The position numbers were made by a program, and so were the translations under genes. The notes under the pieces were generated by a model. It saw only the letters and a program-made list of their open reading frames with translations. It searched no databases and was not told the DNA's origin. Below, piece after piece: positions 1-9,328 of a stretch of 35,700 nt of DNA. Position 1 is the stretch's first letter; each line of letters opens with the position of its first letter. Origin of the DNA: Bacteroidota bacterium (GTDB lineage: Bacteria; Bacteroidota; Bacteroidia; UKL13-3); the NCBI GenBank assembly GCA_947481365.1, contig CANKGI010000003.1:1-35700 (forward strand), in the 5' to 3' direction.

Positions 1-35
1 ATTTAAATATACTTTCAGTTTTCTTTTTTTTATTC

Positions 36-225
36 ATACTTTTTTTAGAAAAAAGTATTGCAAACCAGCCTGCCATATTGCAGCTTTCCGGCTGGCAGGA
101 AAGCGGACGATTTAATACGCTTCGATGACTGCTCGCAAAACCCAACCGCCTCTTGGGCAACAGTCATCCCCATTGCGCAAAAGGCTGCCGCGCCAAATCG
201 TCCATTTGCTCACGCGCAATGACAT
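36..225 (-). other. Structured non-coding element (dispersed MITE/REP-like repeat or ncRNA candidate) ending in a terminator-like hairpin
   Basis: GC-rich island in AT-rich DNA with several perfect complementary pairs: 36-45/49-58 (ATACTTTTTT/AAAAAAGTAT), 69-75/93-99, 83-89/98-104, 105-113/195-203, 124-131/161-168, 141-145/153-157 and 171-178/214-221. It begins about 8 nt after the stop codon of the minus-strand T9SS gene; the strand is assumed from that gene. Confidence 0.6.
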
Positions 226-232
226 TAAGATT

Positions 233-1660
233 TTATTTTATCACCGACACCTTTTGTGTTTTAATTAAACTGCCTGCTGCATCTTTTATGTAAACAAAAT
301 ACAACCCTTGCGACAATTCTTGTAAGTTGATGGTTATGTTATTTGTAAAAGAAATATTTGATGTAACGGCTTTACCTGTTAAATCAAATAATTGTGCGGT
401 AATTTTTTGGTTGCTGCTTGTTTGTATATTTAATATTGAGGTTGCCGGGTTGGGGTAAATAGTAATCGCTTCTGTCTGTTTATCTCTTTTGGTTTCATCA
501 ATTCCCAAATAAGCAAACTCTCCTTTTTCATTTAGTTTAACAATATATAATTCTGCATTGGCAGTATCTAATAAATTTGATACTCCTGAACCAACAATGC
601 TATTATCGGGCAATTGCAAAATAGAATTCAAATAACACCTAGTTTGATTATACCAGAATATTTTTTGAATGTTCAAGTTGCTGTCAATTTTCATAAAATA
701 ACTTCCCCCTAACAGGCAGCCATTATCACTTGTTGCAGTAACAACATATACATTTGCAAGTAATGTATCTCCAACGCGTGGATTAAAATAATTAATATAC
801 TTAATAATATTTCCATTCAAATCTATTTTGAATAAAGTACTTTTCATCGGAATGGTAGCACTGTTATAATCCGCTAAAAGCAGAATGCTATTGCTATCTT
901 TTGACAAACATGAACTCAAATATCTGCTATATGGATAAATAAGCGGTTTGCTTATTTTAATATTGAAAGCCGTATCCATCTGTACAAAATATAACGAATC
1001 CCAATACGTTACTACAAACATGTCGTAAATGGTATCGTTGGGTTGAATAAGGTTAATAATGTATTCAAATTTTGGAATTTTTAACTCCTTCTTTTTAAGA
1101 GTATATCCATCATTGCCAATTTCGATTAAAAGTGGATATGATGTGTATGTAACAACACTATCAAGTTTACCCCATACGTAGCCATAGATCAAAGCTGAAT
1201 TATGATTATTGCGTTTTGTTATACCCATGCACTTGGACTCGTGAGTACCTGTATAAACTGAATCCCATAAAAGTTGTCCGTTCTTAGATAATTTGATTAC
1301 TCGAAAGTTTGCAAGAGCAGGACCCTTTTCAGTGGTACCAGCAATTAGAAGATTGCCATCTTGCATTTCAATACAACCAGACACATCATCGTTAATACCT
1401 GGTTCGCCATAGTGTTGTTTCCATAATATGTTACCGCACGAATCAATTTTCACAATAGCCATGTCTGTGGTGTTACCGCTTGATAAAACAGTGTCATAAC
1501 AAGACATCACAGTTAAAAAACCGCCATCATTTGTTTGAATATGGTAAGTCCTATGGGTAATTACATCAAGGTAGTAATTGTAAATATGCTCAAAAGTGCA
1601 TTGCCCAAATGCTACACCCGAAAAAACTAAAAAGCATACAATTAACTTATACCTCAACAT
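233..1660 (-). CDS. T9SS type A sorting domain-containing secreted protein, probable beta-propeller
   Basis: Signal peptide ending AFG|Q. C-terminal domain ITIYPNPATSILNI...LFDLTGK...INLQELSQGLYFVYI...TQKVSVIK. About seven repeats resembling xxKxDxxGN (IVKIDSCGNILW, VIKLSKNGQLLW, LFKIDLNGNII, FMKIDSNLNI, IVKLNEKGE). Confidence 0.9.
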   Translation of the reverse strand: MLRYKLIVCFLVFSGVAFGQCTFEHIYNYYLDVITHRTYHIQTNDGGFLTVMSCYDTVLSSGNTTDMAIVKIDSCGNILWKQHYGEPGINDDVSGCIEMQDGNLLIAGTTEKGPALANFRVIKLSKNGQLLWDSVYTGTHESKCMGITKRNNHNSALIYGYVWGKLDSVVTYTSYPLLIEIGNDGYTLKKKELKIPKFEYIINLIQPNDTIYDMFVVTYWDSLYFVQMDTAFNIKISKPLIYPYSRYLSSCLSKDSNSILLLADYNSATIPMKSTLFKIDLNGNIIKYINYFNPRVGDTLLANVYVVTATSDNGCLLGGSYFMKIDSNLNIQKIFWYNQTRCYLNSILQLPDNSIVGSGVSNLLDTANAELYIVKLNEKGEFAYLGIDETKRDKQTEAITIYPNPATSILNIQTSSNQKITAQLFDLTGKAVTSNISFTNNITINLQELSQGLYFVYIKDAAGSLIKTQKVSVIK

Positions 1661-1665
1661 TTAAT

Positions 1666-1673
1666 CAAATATA
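1666..1673 (-). promoter_or_regulatory. Putative Bacteroidota sigma-A -7 box (TATATTTG) for the T9SS gene
   Basis: Exact TAnnTTTG match on the minus strand, ending 5 nt before the ATG at 1660. No properly spaced -33 TTTG was seen. Confidence 0.35.
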
Positions 1674-1782
1674 ACTTTTGAGTGTAATAAATATTGTATT
1701 TGCAAATAGAACAAAGTTGAAAAACATGTTGAAAGCAATATTTAGCGGTTCGGTTCAAAACAGCTAATTTAGCAGCGTTTCA

Positions 1783-2841
1783 ATGCACACTCAAAAGCAA
1801 CTTTTTATAAACGGCAGATTTTTAACACAACGTATTTCGGGGGTTCAATCCTTTGCCCGCGAAGTATGCCGTGAGTTAATGGCGCAAAAGCCAATTACCA
1901 TTTTGGTTCCGGCAAATGCACAATTAATTGATGACGAGTTTGCAAATTGCATTAAACGTGTTGGTTTGTTTGGCGGGCATTTATGGGAACAATTGAGTTT
2001 GCCACTTTTTATGGCACAGCAAAAAAATGCCATGTTGCTTAATTTGTGCAATACCGGTCCTTTGATGGTAAACCAACAAATTGTTACCATTCACGATTTG
2101 GCATTTCTCAAAAATCCATCGTGGTTTCATCCTGTGTTTAGCAAAGTGTATTCGTTTTTGATACCGCAACTTGCCGAGCGAAGCCAATTTATCATCACCG
2201 TTTCGGAAACCATTAAACAAGAAATTGAACAAAAATTTGAAGTTGATGCGAATAAAATAATTGTCGTTGGAAATAAAGTTTCGGCACAATTGCTCAATTC
2301 AAAATCCATTGAAGCATTTGATGAACGAATCCAACCCCAAAACTTTTTTTTAATGGTTGGATCGGATAATCCTCGAAAGAATTTTCTCTTTGTTGAACAA
2401 ATTTTTTCTGAAGAACATGTTGATTCAAAACTGGTGATAGTTGGCGGTAGCGATAAATCATTTAACAACACAACACACACCGAAAATAAAAATATCATCC
2501 GCTTACATTATACCGATAACTCTACTTTGTTGTGGTTATATAAAAACGCCAAAGCGCTTATCAATCCATCGTTGTACGAAGGTTTTGGTATTCCGAATAT
2601 TGAAGCGATGGCAATGGGTTGCCCGGTAATTTGTTCGGATATAAAAGTTTTTAAAGAAGTGTGTGGCAATGCCGCTTTTTATTTTTCACTAGATAAAATT
2701 GATGAGCTAAAAAATTGCATAGCCCAATTGAATGAAAGAAGTGAATTGACAATCGAAAAAATACATACCGGTAAAAATATTTTCGAAAAATATCAGCATG
2801 AAAACCGTGTTGCTAAAATTTTAAAATTATTGGAAGCATGA
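1783..2841 (+). CDS. Glycosyltransferase family 4 (GT-B, mannosyltransferase-like)
   Basis: INGRFLTQRISGVQ N-terminus, HLWEQ, TIHDLAF, NPRKN, and the EX7E motif in PSLYEGFGIPNIEAMAMGCPVICSDI. Confidence 0.92.
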   Translation: MHTQKQLFINGRFLTQRISGVQSFAREVCRELMAQKPITILVPANAQLIDDEFANCIKRVGLFGGHLWEQLSLPLFMAQQKNAMLLNLCNTGPLMVNQQIVTIHDLAFLKNPSWFHPVFSKVYSFLIPQLAERSQFIITVSETIKQEIEQKFEVDANKIIVVGNKVSAQLLNSKSIEAFDERIQPQNFFLMVGSDNPRKNFLFVEQIFSEEHVDSKLVIVGGSDKSFNNTTHTENKNIIRLHYTDNSTLLWLYKNAKALINPSLYEGFGIPNIEAMAMGCPVICSDIKVFKEVCGNAAFYFSLDKIDELKNCIAQLNERSELTIEKIHTGKNIFEKYQHENRVAKILKLLEA

Positions 2842-3944
2842 AAATCGCATTGGTTCAAGATTGGTTTGTAGTGAATGGTGGTGCCGAAAAGGTGGTGCGC
2901 GAAATTGTGAATCTTTACGATGACATTGATATTTTTTCGTTGGTTGATTTTTTGAGTGCCGAAAACCGTGAGCAAATTTTAAAAGGTAAAAAATCAAACA
3001 CATCGTTTCTTCAATATTTTCCTCTTTCAGAATTTGGTTACCGAAATTATTTGCCGTTGTTCCCAACTGCAATTGAGAGTTTAGATTTTAGCGGATATGA
3101 TGTAATTATTTCATCATCGTACACCGTTGCAAAAGGCATTACCAAAACAAAAGATCAGTTACATATTTGCTATTGTCACTCGCCTGTACGATACGCATGG
3201 GATTTGGAAGAACAATATCTTGCACCCTTAAATTTTATCAAGAAATTTATTGCAAGGATAACTTTAAAATACATTCGCAAATGGGATTTAAAATCGAATA
3301 AAAGTGTAGATGTTTTTATAGCCAACTCGCATTACGTTGCCGAGCGCATCAAACGAATTTACCATCGCGATTCAATGGTTTTGCATCCTCCGGTTGATAC
3401 ATCGAGCTTTACACCTTGCGAAGAAAAAGAGAATTATTATTTTACCTCGGCACGTATGGTTCCGTACAAAAAAATTGATTTGATTATTGAAACATTTAAT
3501 GCGTTGCCAAATTTAAAATTAGTTGTTTCGGGCGATGGACCTGATTTAAAAAGACTTCAGCATTTAGCAAAAAGCAATATCACGTTTACAGGATTTCTTA
3601 AAAAAGAAGAACTGATAACAAAAATGCAAAAAGCAAAAGCATTTGTACTTGCTGCCGATGAAGATTTTGGAATTACCAGTTTGGAAGCGCAAAGTTGCTG
3701 TACACCTGTTATAGCCTTGAAAAAAGGTGGATATCTCGAAACAGTTGTTGAAGGAAAAACAGGCGTATTTTTTGAAGAAGATTCGGTAAATTGTTTGAAA
3801 AATGTAATTTTAGGATTTGAAAATATAAATTACGCCTTTAGTAAAGATGATTTTTTAAATAACGTAGAAAAATTTTCAATACAGCATTTTAAAAATGGTC
3901 TTAAAAAAATTGTAGATGAGCATATACATGCAAAGAGTTGGTAG
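2838..3944 (+). CDS. Glycosyltransferase family 4 (WbaZ-like, probable mannosyltransferase)
   Basis: MKIALVQDWFVVNGGAEKV, CYCHSPVRYAWD, SARMVPYKKIDL and EDFGITSLEAQ motifs. ATGA overlap with the upstream gene. Confidence 0.92.
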   Translation: MKIALVQDWFVVNGGAEKVVREIVNLYDDIDIFSLVDFLSAENREQILKGKKSNTSFLQYFPLSEFGYRNYLPLFPTAIESLDFSGYDVIISSSYTVAKGITKTKDQLHICYCHSPVRYAWDLEEQYLAPLNFIKKFIARITLKYIRKWDLKSNKSVDVFIANSHYVAERIKRIYHRDSMVLHPPVDTSSFTPCEEKENYYFTSARMVPYKKIDLIIETFNALPNLKLVVSGDGPDLKRLQHLAKSNITFTGFLKKEELITKMQKAKAFVLAADEDFGITSLEAQSCCTPVIALKKGGYLETVVEGKTGVFFEEDSVNCLKNVILGFENINYAFSKDDFLNNVEKFSIQHFKNGLKKIVDEHIHAKSW

Positions 3945-5214
3945 AATAATATTTTTTGTACTGTGTGCATTGGCAGGATTTCCTTTGTTGCCTGTTGGTG
4001 CAACATCGGGGCTTATTGCGTTATTTTTTTTACTGAGCATTGTAACTGCAATTTCAAATTACAAAACTTTTAACCTTAAACTTTCTGGCGAACTGCTGGT
4101 TTATATCCTACCTTTTCTCATCATATTTGTATGGACAATATTTATTGATGGTTCGAGTGAAGCACATTTTTATTTACAGCGATCGTTGAGTTTATTGGTT
4201 TTTCCGCTTTCATTTTTTTTGTTGCCTTTTCAGTTTTCACTCAATCAAAAAAATATTTTCAAAATTATTTTCATCACTTCCACGCTTTTGGTGTTGGTGT
4301 ATGGCGAAGTTACAGCCATTCAATTTTTGTTCTCACATGTTGGGCCAAATGAGTTTTGGGCAACTCCGGCAGAGATGTTTAAGCATCCATCATTATCTCA
4401 TTTACTACGTTCAACATTCGAAAACACAACAACCATTCATCCTACTTATGCTTGTTTGTATTTAGGTATTTCATTTTTGTTTGTGTTCGAGTATTTTCTT
4501 GAAAATTTCAGAGAATTTACCGTTTCAAAAAATATTGGTTACGCATCACTACTTATTTTTATTATAGTTCTTCAAGTAATTTTAGCATCCCGAACTCCCT
4601 TTATCGGCACAGTTATTTCGGCTTTTATCTTGTTTGTTATTTATCAAAAAAACAAACTCTATATACTTTGGGCAGGAATCGGAATTGTTGTTTTTACTGT
4701 TTTGCTATTTATGCTGGTTCCATCCTTTTCGGCACGATTAAAAGAAATTTCATTTGAGAATTTTACTTTATCCACTTCAAAAAATGCCGATTCGTTTAAC
4801 CTGCGAACTGGAATTTATAAATGCAGTATTGATATCGTTGAAGAAAATTGGCTAACTGGAGTGGGGCCAGGAAATGTGCAAGCCAAACTTGATGAGTGTT
4901 ATGGAAAAATATCGTCAACCGTTTATAACGAAAGAAAATATGACACCCATAATCAGTTTTTAGATTATTGGGCCGGAATGGGCATTTTAGCGCCTTTATC
5001 GCTCCTGTTCCTGCTTTTGTTCATATCTTATAAAAACCTAGCCTATAAAAATTATATCCCATTCTGTTTGTGTATTTTATTTTTTGCATCAATGTTGACA
5101 GAAAATATTTTGATTAGGCATCACGGGGTTGTAGCTTTCGCCTTTATTATGAGTTTTTATATTTTTACAAAAAGTCATAAAGAAGAATTAGCCAACCATA
5201 AACCGGTAAAATAA
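3916..5214 (+). CDS. O-antigen ligase / Wzy_C family polytopic membrane protein
   Basis: About 11-12 hydrophobic segments. HPTY, LASR, RTGIYKC...GVGPG loop and THNQFL (HN motif) are typical of the WaaL/Wzy_C family. Alternative start at 3928. Confidence 0.85.
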   Translation: MSIYMQRVGRIIFFVLCALAGFPLLPVGATSGLIALFFLLSIVTAISNYKTFNLKLSGELLVYILPFLIIFVWTIFIDGSSEAHFYLQRSLSLLVFPLSFFLLPFQFSLNQKNIFKIIFITSTLLVLVYGEVTAIQFLFSHVGPNEFWATPAEMFKHPSLSHLLRSTFENTTTIHPTYACLYLGISFLFVFEYFLENFREFTVSKNIGYASLLIFIIVLQVILASRTPFIGTVISAFILFVIYQKNKLYILWAGIGIVVFTVLLFMLVPSFSARLKEISFENFTLSTSKNADSFNLRTGIYKCSIDIVEENWLTGVGPGNVQAKLDECYGKISSTVYNERKYDTHNQFLDYWAGMGILAPLSLLFLLLFISYKNLAYKNYIPFCLCILFFASMLTENILIRHHGVVAFAFIMSFYIFTKSHKEELANHKPVK

Positions 5215-5216
5215 CT

Positions 5217-6563
5217 TTGACCCGATATTCAAGATATATCAAAGTAATCAGCATCATCAGCGATATCATATTGCTCAATGTTTGCTTTGTGGCTGTGTTT
5301 TATTACAAGTTTCATGCTTTTCACGATCCGTTTACATTCATGCTTTTTTATGTAAACGTGGCATGGATATTTTTGATAGCTGCCATTAAACCTTACGATA
5401 TTTCGCGAACATCAAAGTTGTTTGTGATTTTGCGTTCGTCATTTTACGTAATTACCTCACACATATTATTGGTATTTGCCTATTACGTTTTCCTGCAAAC
5501 GTATCGTTACTCGCGTGAGCTGTTGGTTCTATTGTATTCAAGTTTGTTCATCTTAACATTTGTACTCAAAATAGTTTTCTTTTTTGTACTCAAATGGGCA
5601 CGCGAAAAAGGATACAATTACCGAAATATTATTGTAGTTAATCAAAGTGAAAATCCTGTTGAGTTGCAATCATTTTTTAAAACACATCCGGAATATGGAT
5701 ACAACATCAAAAAAGTAATTACGGCTAAAAATATTCAAGTCAATATTCTTGAAGAGATAAAATCATTTTGCTTACAAAATGAAATTCACGAAATATTCTT
5801 TTCGATGTCGGTAATGGAAAGTCAATCTCTTTTAGATTTGATGAATTTTGCCGAAGATAATTTTATCAAAATTCGTTTGGTTGCCGATTTTAAAGGTGTA
5901 TCTTTTTCGGAAATGGCACTCGAAAAATTTGGAGAAGTACCTGTTTTAAAAGTGCTCACCACACCACTTGACGATTGGGATAAGCAGTTACAAAAAAGAG
6001 CTTTTGATATCTTTTTTTCGTTGATGATTATGATTTGTGTGCTCAGTTGGCTTATACCAATTCTTGCCATCATCATTAAACTAACATCACGCGGACCGGT
6101 ATTTTTTAAACAACAACGAACAGGTAGAGACAATCGTCCTTTTTGGTGTTACAAATTCAGAACGATGTACGTAAATGAAAAAAGTGATACGGTTCAGGCA
6201 ACTCAAAATGATCCGAGAATTACTGCAATTGGAAATTTTTTACGTGACTCAAGCATTGATGAAATGCCACAGTTTTACAATGTACTAATTGGCGATATGT
6301 CGGTTGTGGGGCCACGTCCACATATGCTTAAACACACCATAGATTTTTCTGAAGAACTAGATAAGTTTATGGGTCGTCATCAAATTAAACCTGGCATTAC
6401 CGGATTGGCACAATCAAAAGGTTATCGTGGTGAAACATCCGACTTTGAAAAAATAAAAAATCGTGTTAAGCTCGATTTGTTTTATGTAAAATATTGGTCG
6501 TTTACACTCGATATAAAAATCATTTTCAACACATTGTTTTCTTTATTTAATACCAACTCATAA
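5217..6563 (+). CDS. wcaJ: Undecaprenyl-phosphate glucose phosphotransferase (WcaJ/WbaP-type priming glycosyltransferase)
   Basis: Four N-terminal TM helices, then KRAFDI, GPVFFKQQRTG, KFRTM, DPRIT, SIDEMPQFYNVLIGDMSVVGPRPH, KPGITGLAQ and DLFYV..WS..LDIKI. TTG start. Confidence 0.92.
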   Translation: MTRYSRYIKVISIISDIILLNVCFVAVFYYKFHAFHDPFTFMLFYVNVAWIFLIAAIKPYDISRTSKLFVILRSSFYVITSHILLVFAYYVFLQTYRYSRELLVLLYSSLFILTFVLKIVFFFVLKWAREKGYNYRNIIVVNQSENPVELQSFFKTHPEYGYNIKKVITAKNIQVNILEEIKSFCLQNEIHEIFFSMSVMESQSLLDLMNFAEDNFIKIRLVADFKGVSFSEMALEKFGEVPVLKVLTTPLDDWDKQLQKRAFDIFFSLMIMICVLSWLIPILAIIIKLTSRGPVFFKQQRTGRDNRPFWCYKFRTMYVNEKSDTVQATQNDPRITAIGNFLRDSSIDEMPQFYNVLIGDMSVVGPRPHMLKHTIDFSEELDKFMGRHQIKPGITGLAQSKGYRGETSDFEKIKNRVKLDLFYVKYWSFTLDIKIIFNTLFSLFNTNS

Positions 6564-6569
6564 ATCTGG

Positions 6570-8465
6570 ATGCTCAATCAAATATTTGATAAAATAAGAA
6601 AAGTAAAAAGATCGCAAGGACAAATGTGGATGAATGGCAATTTCACTTTTTTCAGGCTGTTTATCATGTTGAAATCGCGCACTGGACAAAAGAAAATACT
6701 CAAATTTATTATCAAAGTCATTCAATTTATACTTCAACTAGTATTTGGTATTAAGACGAAAGAAACAAAAGATTATGAGTTATGGATGAAGAAAAATTAT
6801 CCTGATGAACAAAAGTTAAACCAATACAAAAATGAACTTTCCTCCTTTTCATTTCAGCCTAAAATAAGTATCATTTTACCTGTTTATAATACTCCTATAA
6901 ACTACTTAATAGAAGCACTCGATTCGGTTATCAATCAAATTTATCCCAATTGGGAATTGTGTATTTCTGATGATTGCTCTACTGATAATATGATCCGTGA
7001 AATGATTATTGAATATGCAGCAAACGACAATCGAATCAAATATGTTTTTAGAGATGTAAATGGCCACATATCATTAAACTCGAACAGTGCGCTTGAAATT
7101 GCTACAGGTGATTATATTACTTTTTTAGACCATGATGATAAGCTTTCATTAGATGCACTTTTTCAAAATGTAAAAATTTTAAATAACAACAGAGAAATTG
7201 ATTTCATTTATTCTGATGAAGATAAAATAGACAAGAAAGGTCATCATTTTGCACCACATTTTAAACCCGACTGGTGTCCGGATAATCTCTTGTCAAGAAA
7301 TTATATTTGCCATCTTGTTGTCGTAAAAAAATCGCTCATTGATCAGGTAGGTGGATTCAGAGCAGGCTTTGAAGGAAGTCAGGATTACGACTTACTGCTG
7401 CGATTAACTGAAATTGCTAAAATAATATATCACATACCAAAAATACTTTATCACTGGCGACTGCACAGTGAATCAACATCATCAAACATTGATGCAAAAC
7501 CATACGCATTTAATTCGGGTGAACTTGCACTTCAGAAAGCAATAGAGAGAAGAGGAATAAAAGGCAAAGTAAATTTGATTAAAAATTCTCATGGTTTTTA
7601 TACTATCAGATATGATATTTTTAATAAAGGAAAAGTTTCTGTTATCATCCCTACAAAAGACAAAGCCGATTTATGTGAAGTAATTATCGAATCGATTTTC
7701 AGACTAACAAGTTATCCCGATTTTGAAATTATCCTGATTAATAATAACAGCAGCGAACAATCATTTTTTGATTTCGTAAAAAAGTGGGAAGAAAAAGAAC
7801 CCGAACGTTTTAAATGTATTCACGATAATGATGTATTTAATTACTCGCGTTTAATTAACAACGGAGCTAAAGTTGCCAAAGGAGAATATTTTTTGTTACT
7901 GAACAACGACATGGAAGTGATTCATGAAGATTGGATGACTGCACTTGTTGAATATGCACAATTTGAAACAAGCGGAGCCGTAGGTGCCCGACTAATTTAC
8001 CCCAATGATACCATACAACATGCAGGAGTAATTATTGGCTTAGGAGGAATAGCTGGTCATCATCATGTGATGTTTGATAAAGATGCTCCAGGATATTATT
8101 TCTACTTAATTGCCACAAGTGATTTTTCGGCTGTTACTGCTGCTTGTATTATGATTAACAAAAATAAATTTAATGAAGTTGAAGGGTTTGATGAAAAACT
8201 TGCGGTTGAGTTTAATGATGTTGATTTTTGTTTGAAGCTTAAAGAAAAAGGATACAACAATATATACCTTCCTCATGTAACGCTGTATCATTACGAATCT
8301 ATTTCTAGAGGGCATCCGCACCTTACAAAAAAATCATATCAGCAGCATTTGAAAGATGTAAATCTATTTAAAAGTAGGTGGCAAAAATATATAGATAACG
8401 ACCCTTGTTATAATCCTAATTTATCAAAAATATCGAGCGAGTACAAGGTGAATTTAGATGACTAA
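6570..8465 (+). CDS. Two-domain glycosyltransferase family 2 (RfbC-like)
   Basis: First GT-A domain: ISIILPVYNT, DDCS, FLDHDD, YSDEDK, GSQDYDL. Second GT-A domain: VSVIIPTKD, LLNNDME, AVTAAC, NDVDFCL, HYESISRG. Confidence 0.92.
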   Translation: MLNQIFDKIRKVKRSQGQMWMNGNFTFFRLFIMLKSRTGQKKILKFIIKVIQFILQLVFGIKTKETKDYELWMKKNYPDEQKLNQYKNELSSFSFQPKISIILPVYNTPINYLIEALDSVINQIYPNWELCISDDCSTDNMIREMIIEYAANDNRIKYVFRDVNGHISLNSNSALEIATGDYITFLDHDDKLSLDALFQNVKILNNNREIDFIYSDEDKIDKKGHHFAPHFKPDWCPDNLLSRNYICHLVVVKKSLIDQVGGFRAGFEGSQDYDLLLRLTEIAKIIYHIPKILYHWRLHSESTSSNIDAKPYAFNSGELALQKAIERRGIKGKVNLIKNSHGFYTIRYDIFNKGKVSVIIPTKDKADLCEVIIESIFRLTSYPDFEIILINNNSSEQSFFDFVKKWEEKEPERFKCIHDNDVFNYSRLINNGAKVAKGEYFLLLNNDMEVIHEDWMTALVEYAQFETSGAVGARLIYPNDTIQHAGVIIGLGGIAGHHHVMFDKDAPGYYFYLIATSDFSAVTAACIMINKNKFNEVEGFDEKLAVEFNDVDFCLKLKEKGYNNIYLPHVTLYHYESISRGHPHLTKKSYQQHLKDVNLFKSRWQKYIDNDPCYNPNLSKISSEYKVNLDD

Positions 8466-9304
8466 GAAAGAAATAAAATTCGCTTGATGAATTTTACAAT
8501 TGGCAGTATTCTGCTTCCCCAAATATATTCTTCTGAATTTTTATAATTCCCAATTGTATCCTTAACCAGGTAATAATCGTATACCAAATCACTTATACTT
8601 AACTTTGATAAATATAGTTCGCGGTGGTTTTCATACAGTTGTTTCCGTAACATTCGAAAATCATTATCACTTAATGAATGAACCATTGATTTGTTACGAA
8701 TACGGTAATGAAACAATATTTCAGGAATCCTGTAAACTTCACTTTCATCACTTATTAAACTTAGCCAAAAATCCCAATCCTCATAGCCCTTCATCATTTG
8801 TTCATTATATCCTGCCGTCTTATCGTAATCAACTTTCCGAAAAAGTGCTGTGCAAAATATTATATTTTCAAAAAGCATTTGCTTGATAGAAAATTCAGGT
8901 AAATTCCATTTACCACTCCACTCTCCAAAAAAATCAACTTCGCAATAAACCACTTTCAATTTTTCATTTTCATCAAGAATTTTTGCTGCTTTTTGAATAT
9001 AAGTAGGAGCAATAATATCATCACTATCCAATGGTAAAATATATTTCCCTTTGCTGTGTAAAATTCCAAAATTACGTGCAGATGAAAGCCCTTTAATAGG
9101 TTGTAAGACTGAAATAAAACGCGAATCTTTTTCAGCAATAGATTGGGCAATTTTTTTCGAATTATCTGTCGAACCATTATCAACTATAATACACTCCCAA
9201 TTTTTATGAGTTTGTTTGATAACACTTTCAATCGTTTCGCTCAAATATTCACCGCTGTTATAACAAGGAATAATAATAGATATGAATGATTCGCTGTTGT
9301 TCAT
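8462..9304 (-). CDS. Glycosyltransferase family 2
   Basis: ISIIIPCYN, VDNGSTD, GLSSARN, LPLDSDD and GYEDWDFW motifs. Confidence 0.92.
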   Translation of the reverse strand: MNNSESFISIIIPCYNSGEYLSETIESVIKQTHKNWECIIVDNGSTDNSKKIAQSIAEKDSRFISVLQPIKGLSSARNFGILHSKGKYILPLDSDDIIAPTYIQKAAKILDENEKLKVVYCEVDFFGEWSGKWNLPEFSIKQMLFENIIFCTALFRKVDYDKTAGYNEQMMKGYEDWDFWLSLISDESEVYRIPEILFHYRIRNKSMVHSLSDNDFRMLRKQLYENHRELYLSKLSISDLVYDYYLVKDTIGNYKNSEEYIWGSRILPIVKFIKRILFLS

Positions 9305-9328
9305 TTTTATTTTTGATGTTTAAATAAA

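Noticed and set aside
1765-1772. TAATTTAG as the -7 promoter box of the GT4 operon
   Set aside because: One mismatch to TAnnTTTG and no clean -33 TTTG; plausible but too weak to list as a feature.
1845-3072. Short opposite-strand or off-frame ORFs over the GT4 genes (1845-2090, 1981-2289, 2127-2498, 2441-2629, 2793-2975, 2827-3072)
   Set aside because: Shadows of well-supported GT4 genes, with no recognisable motifs.
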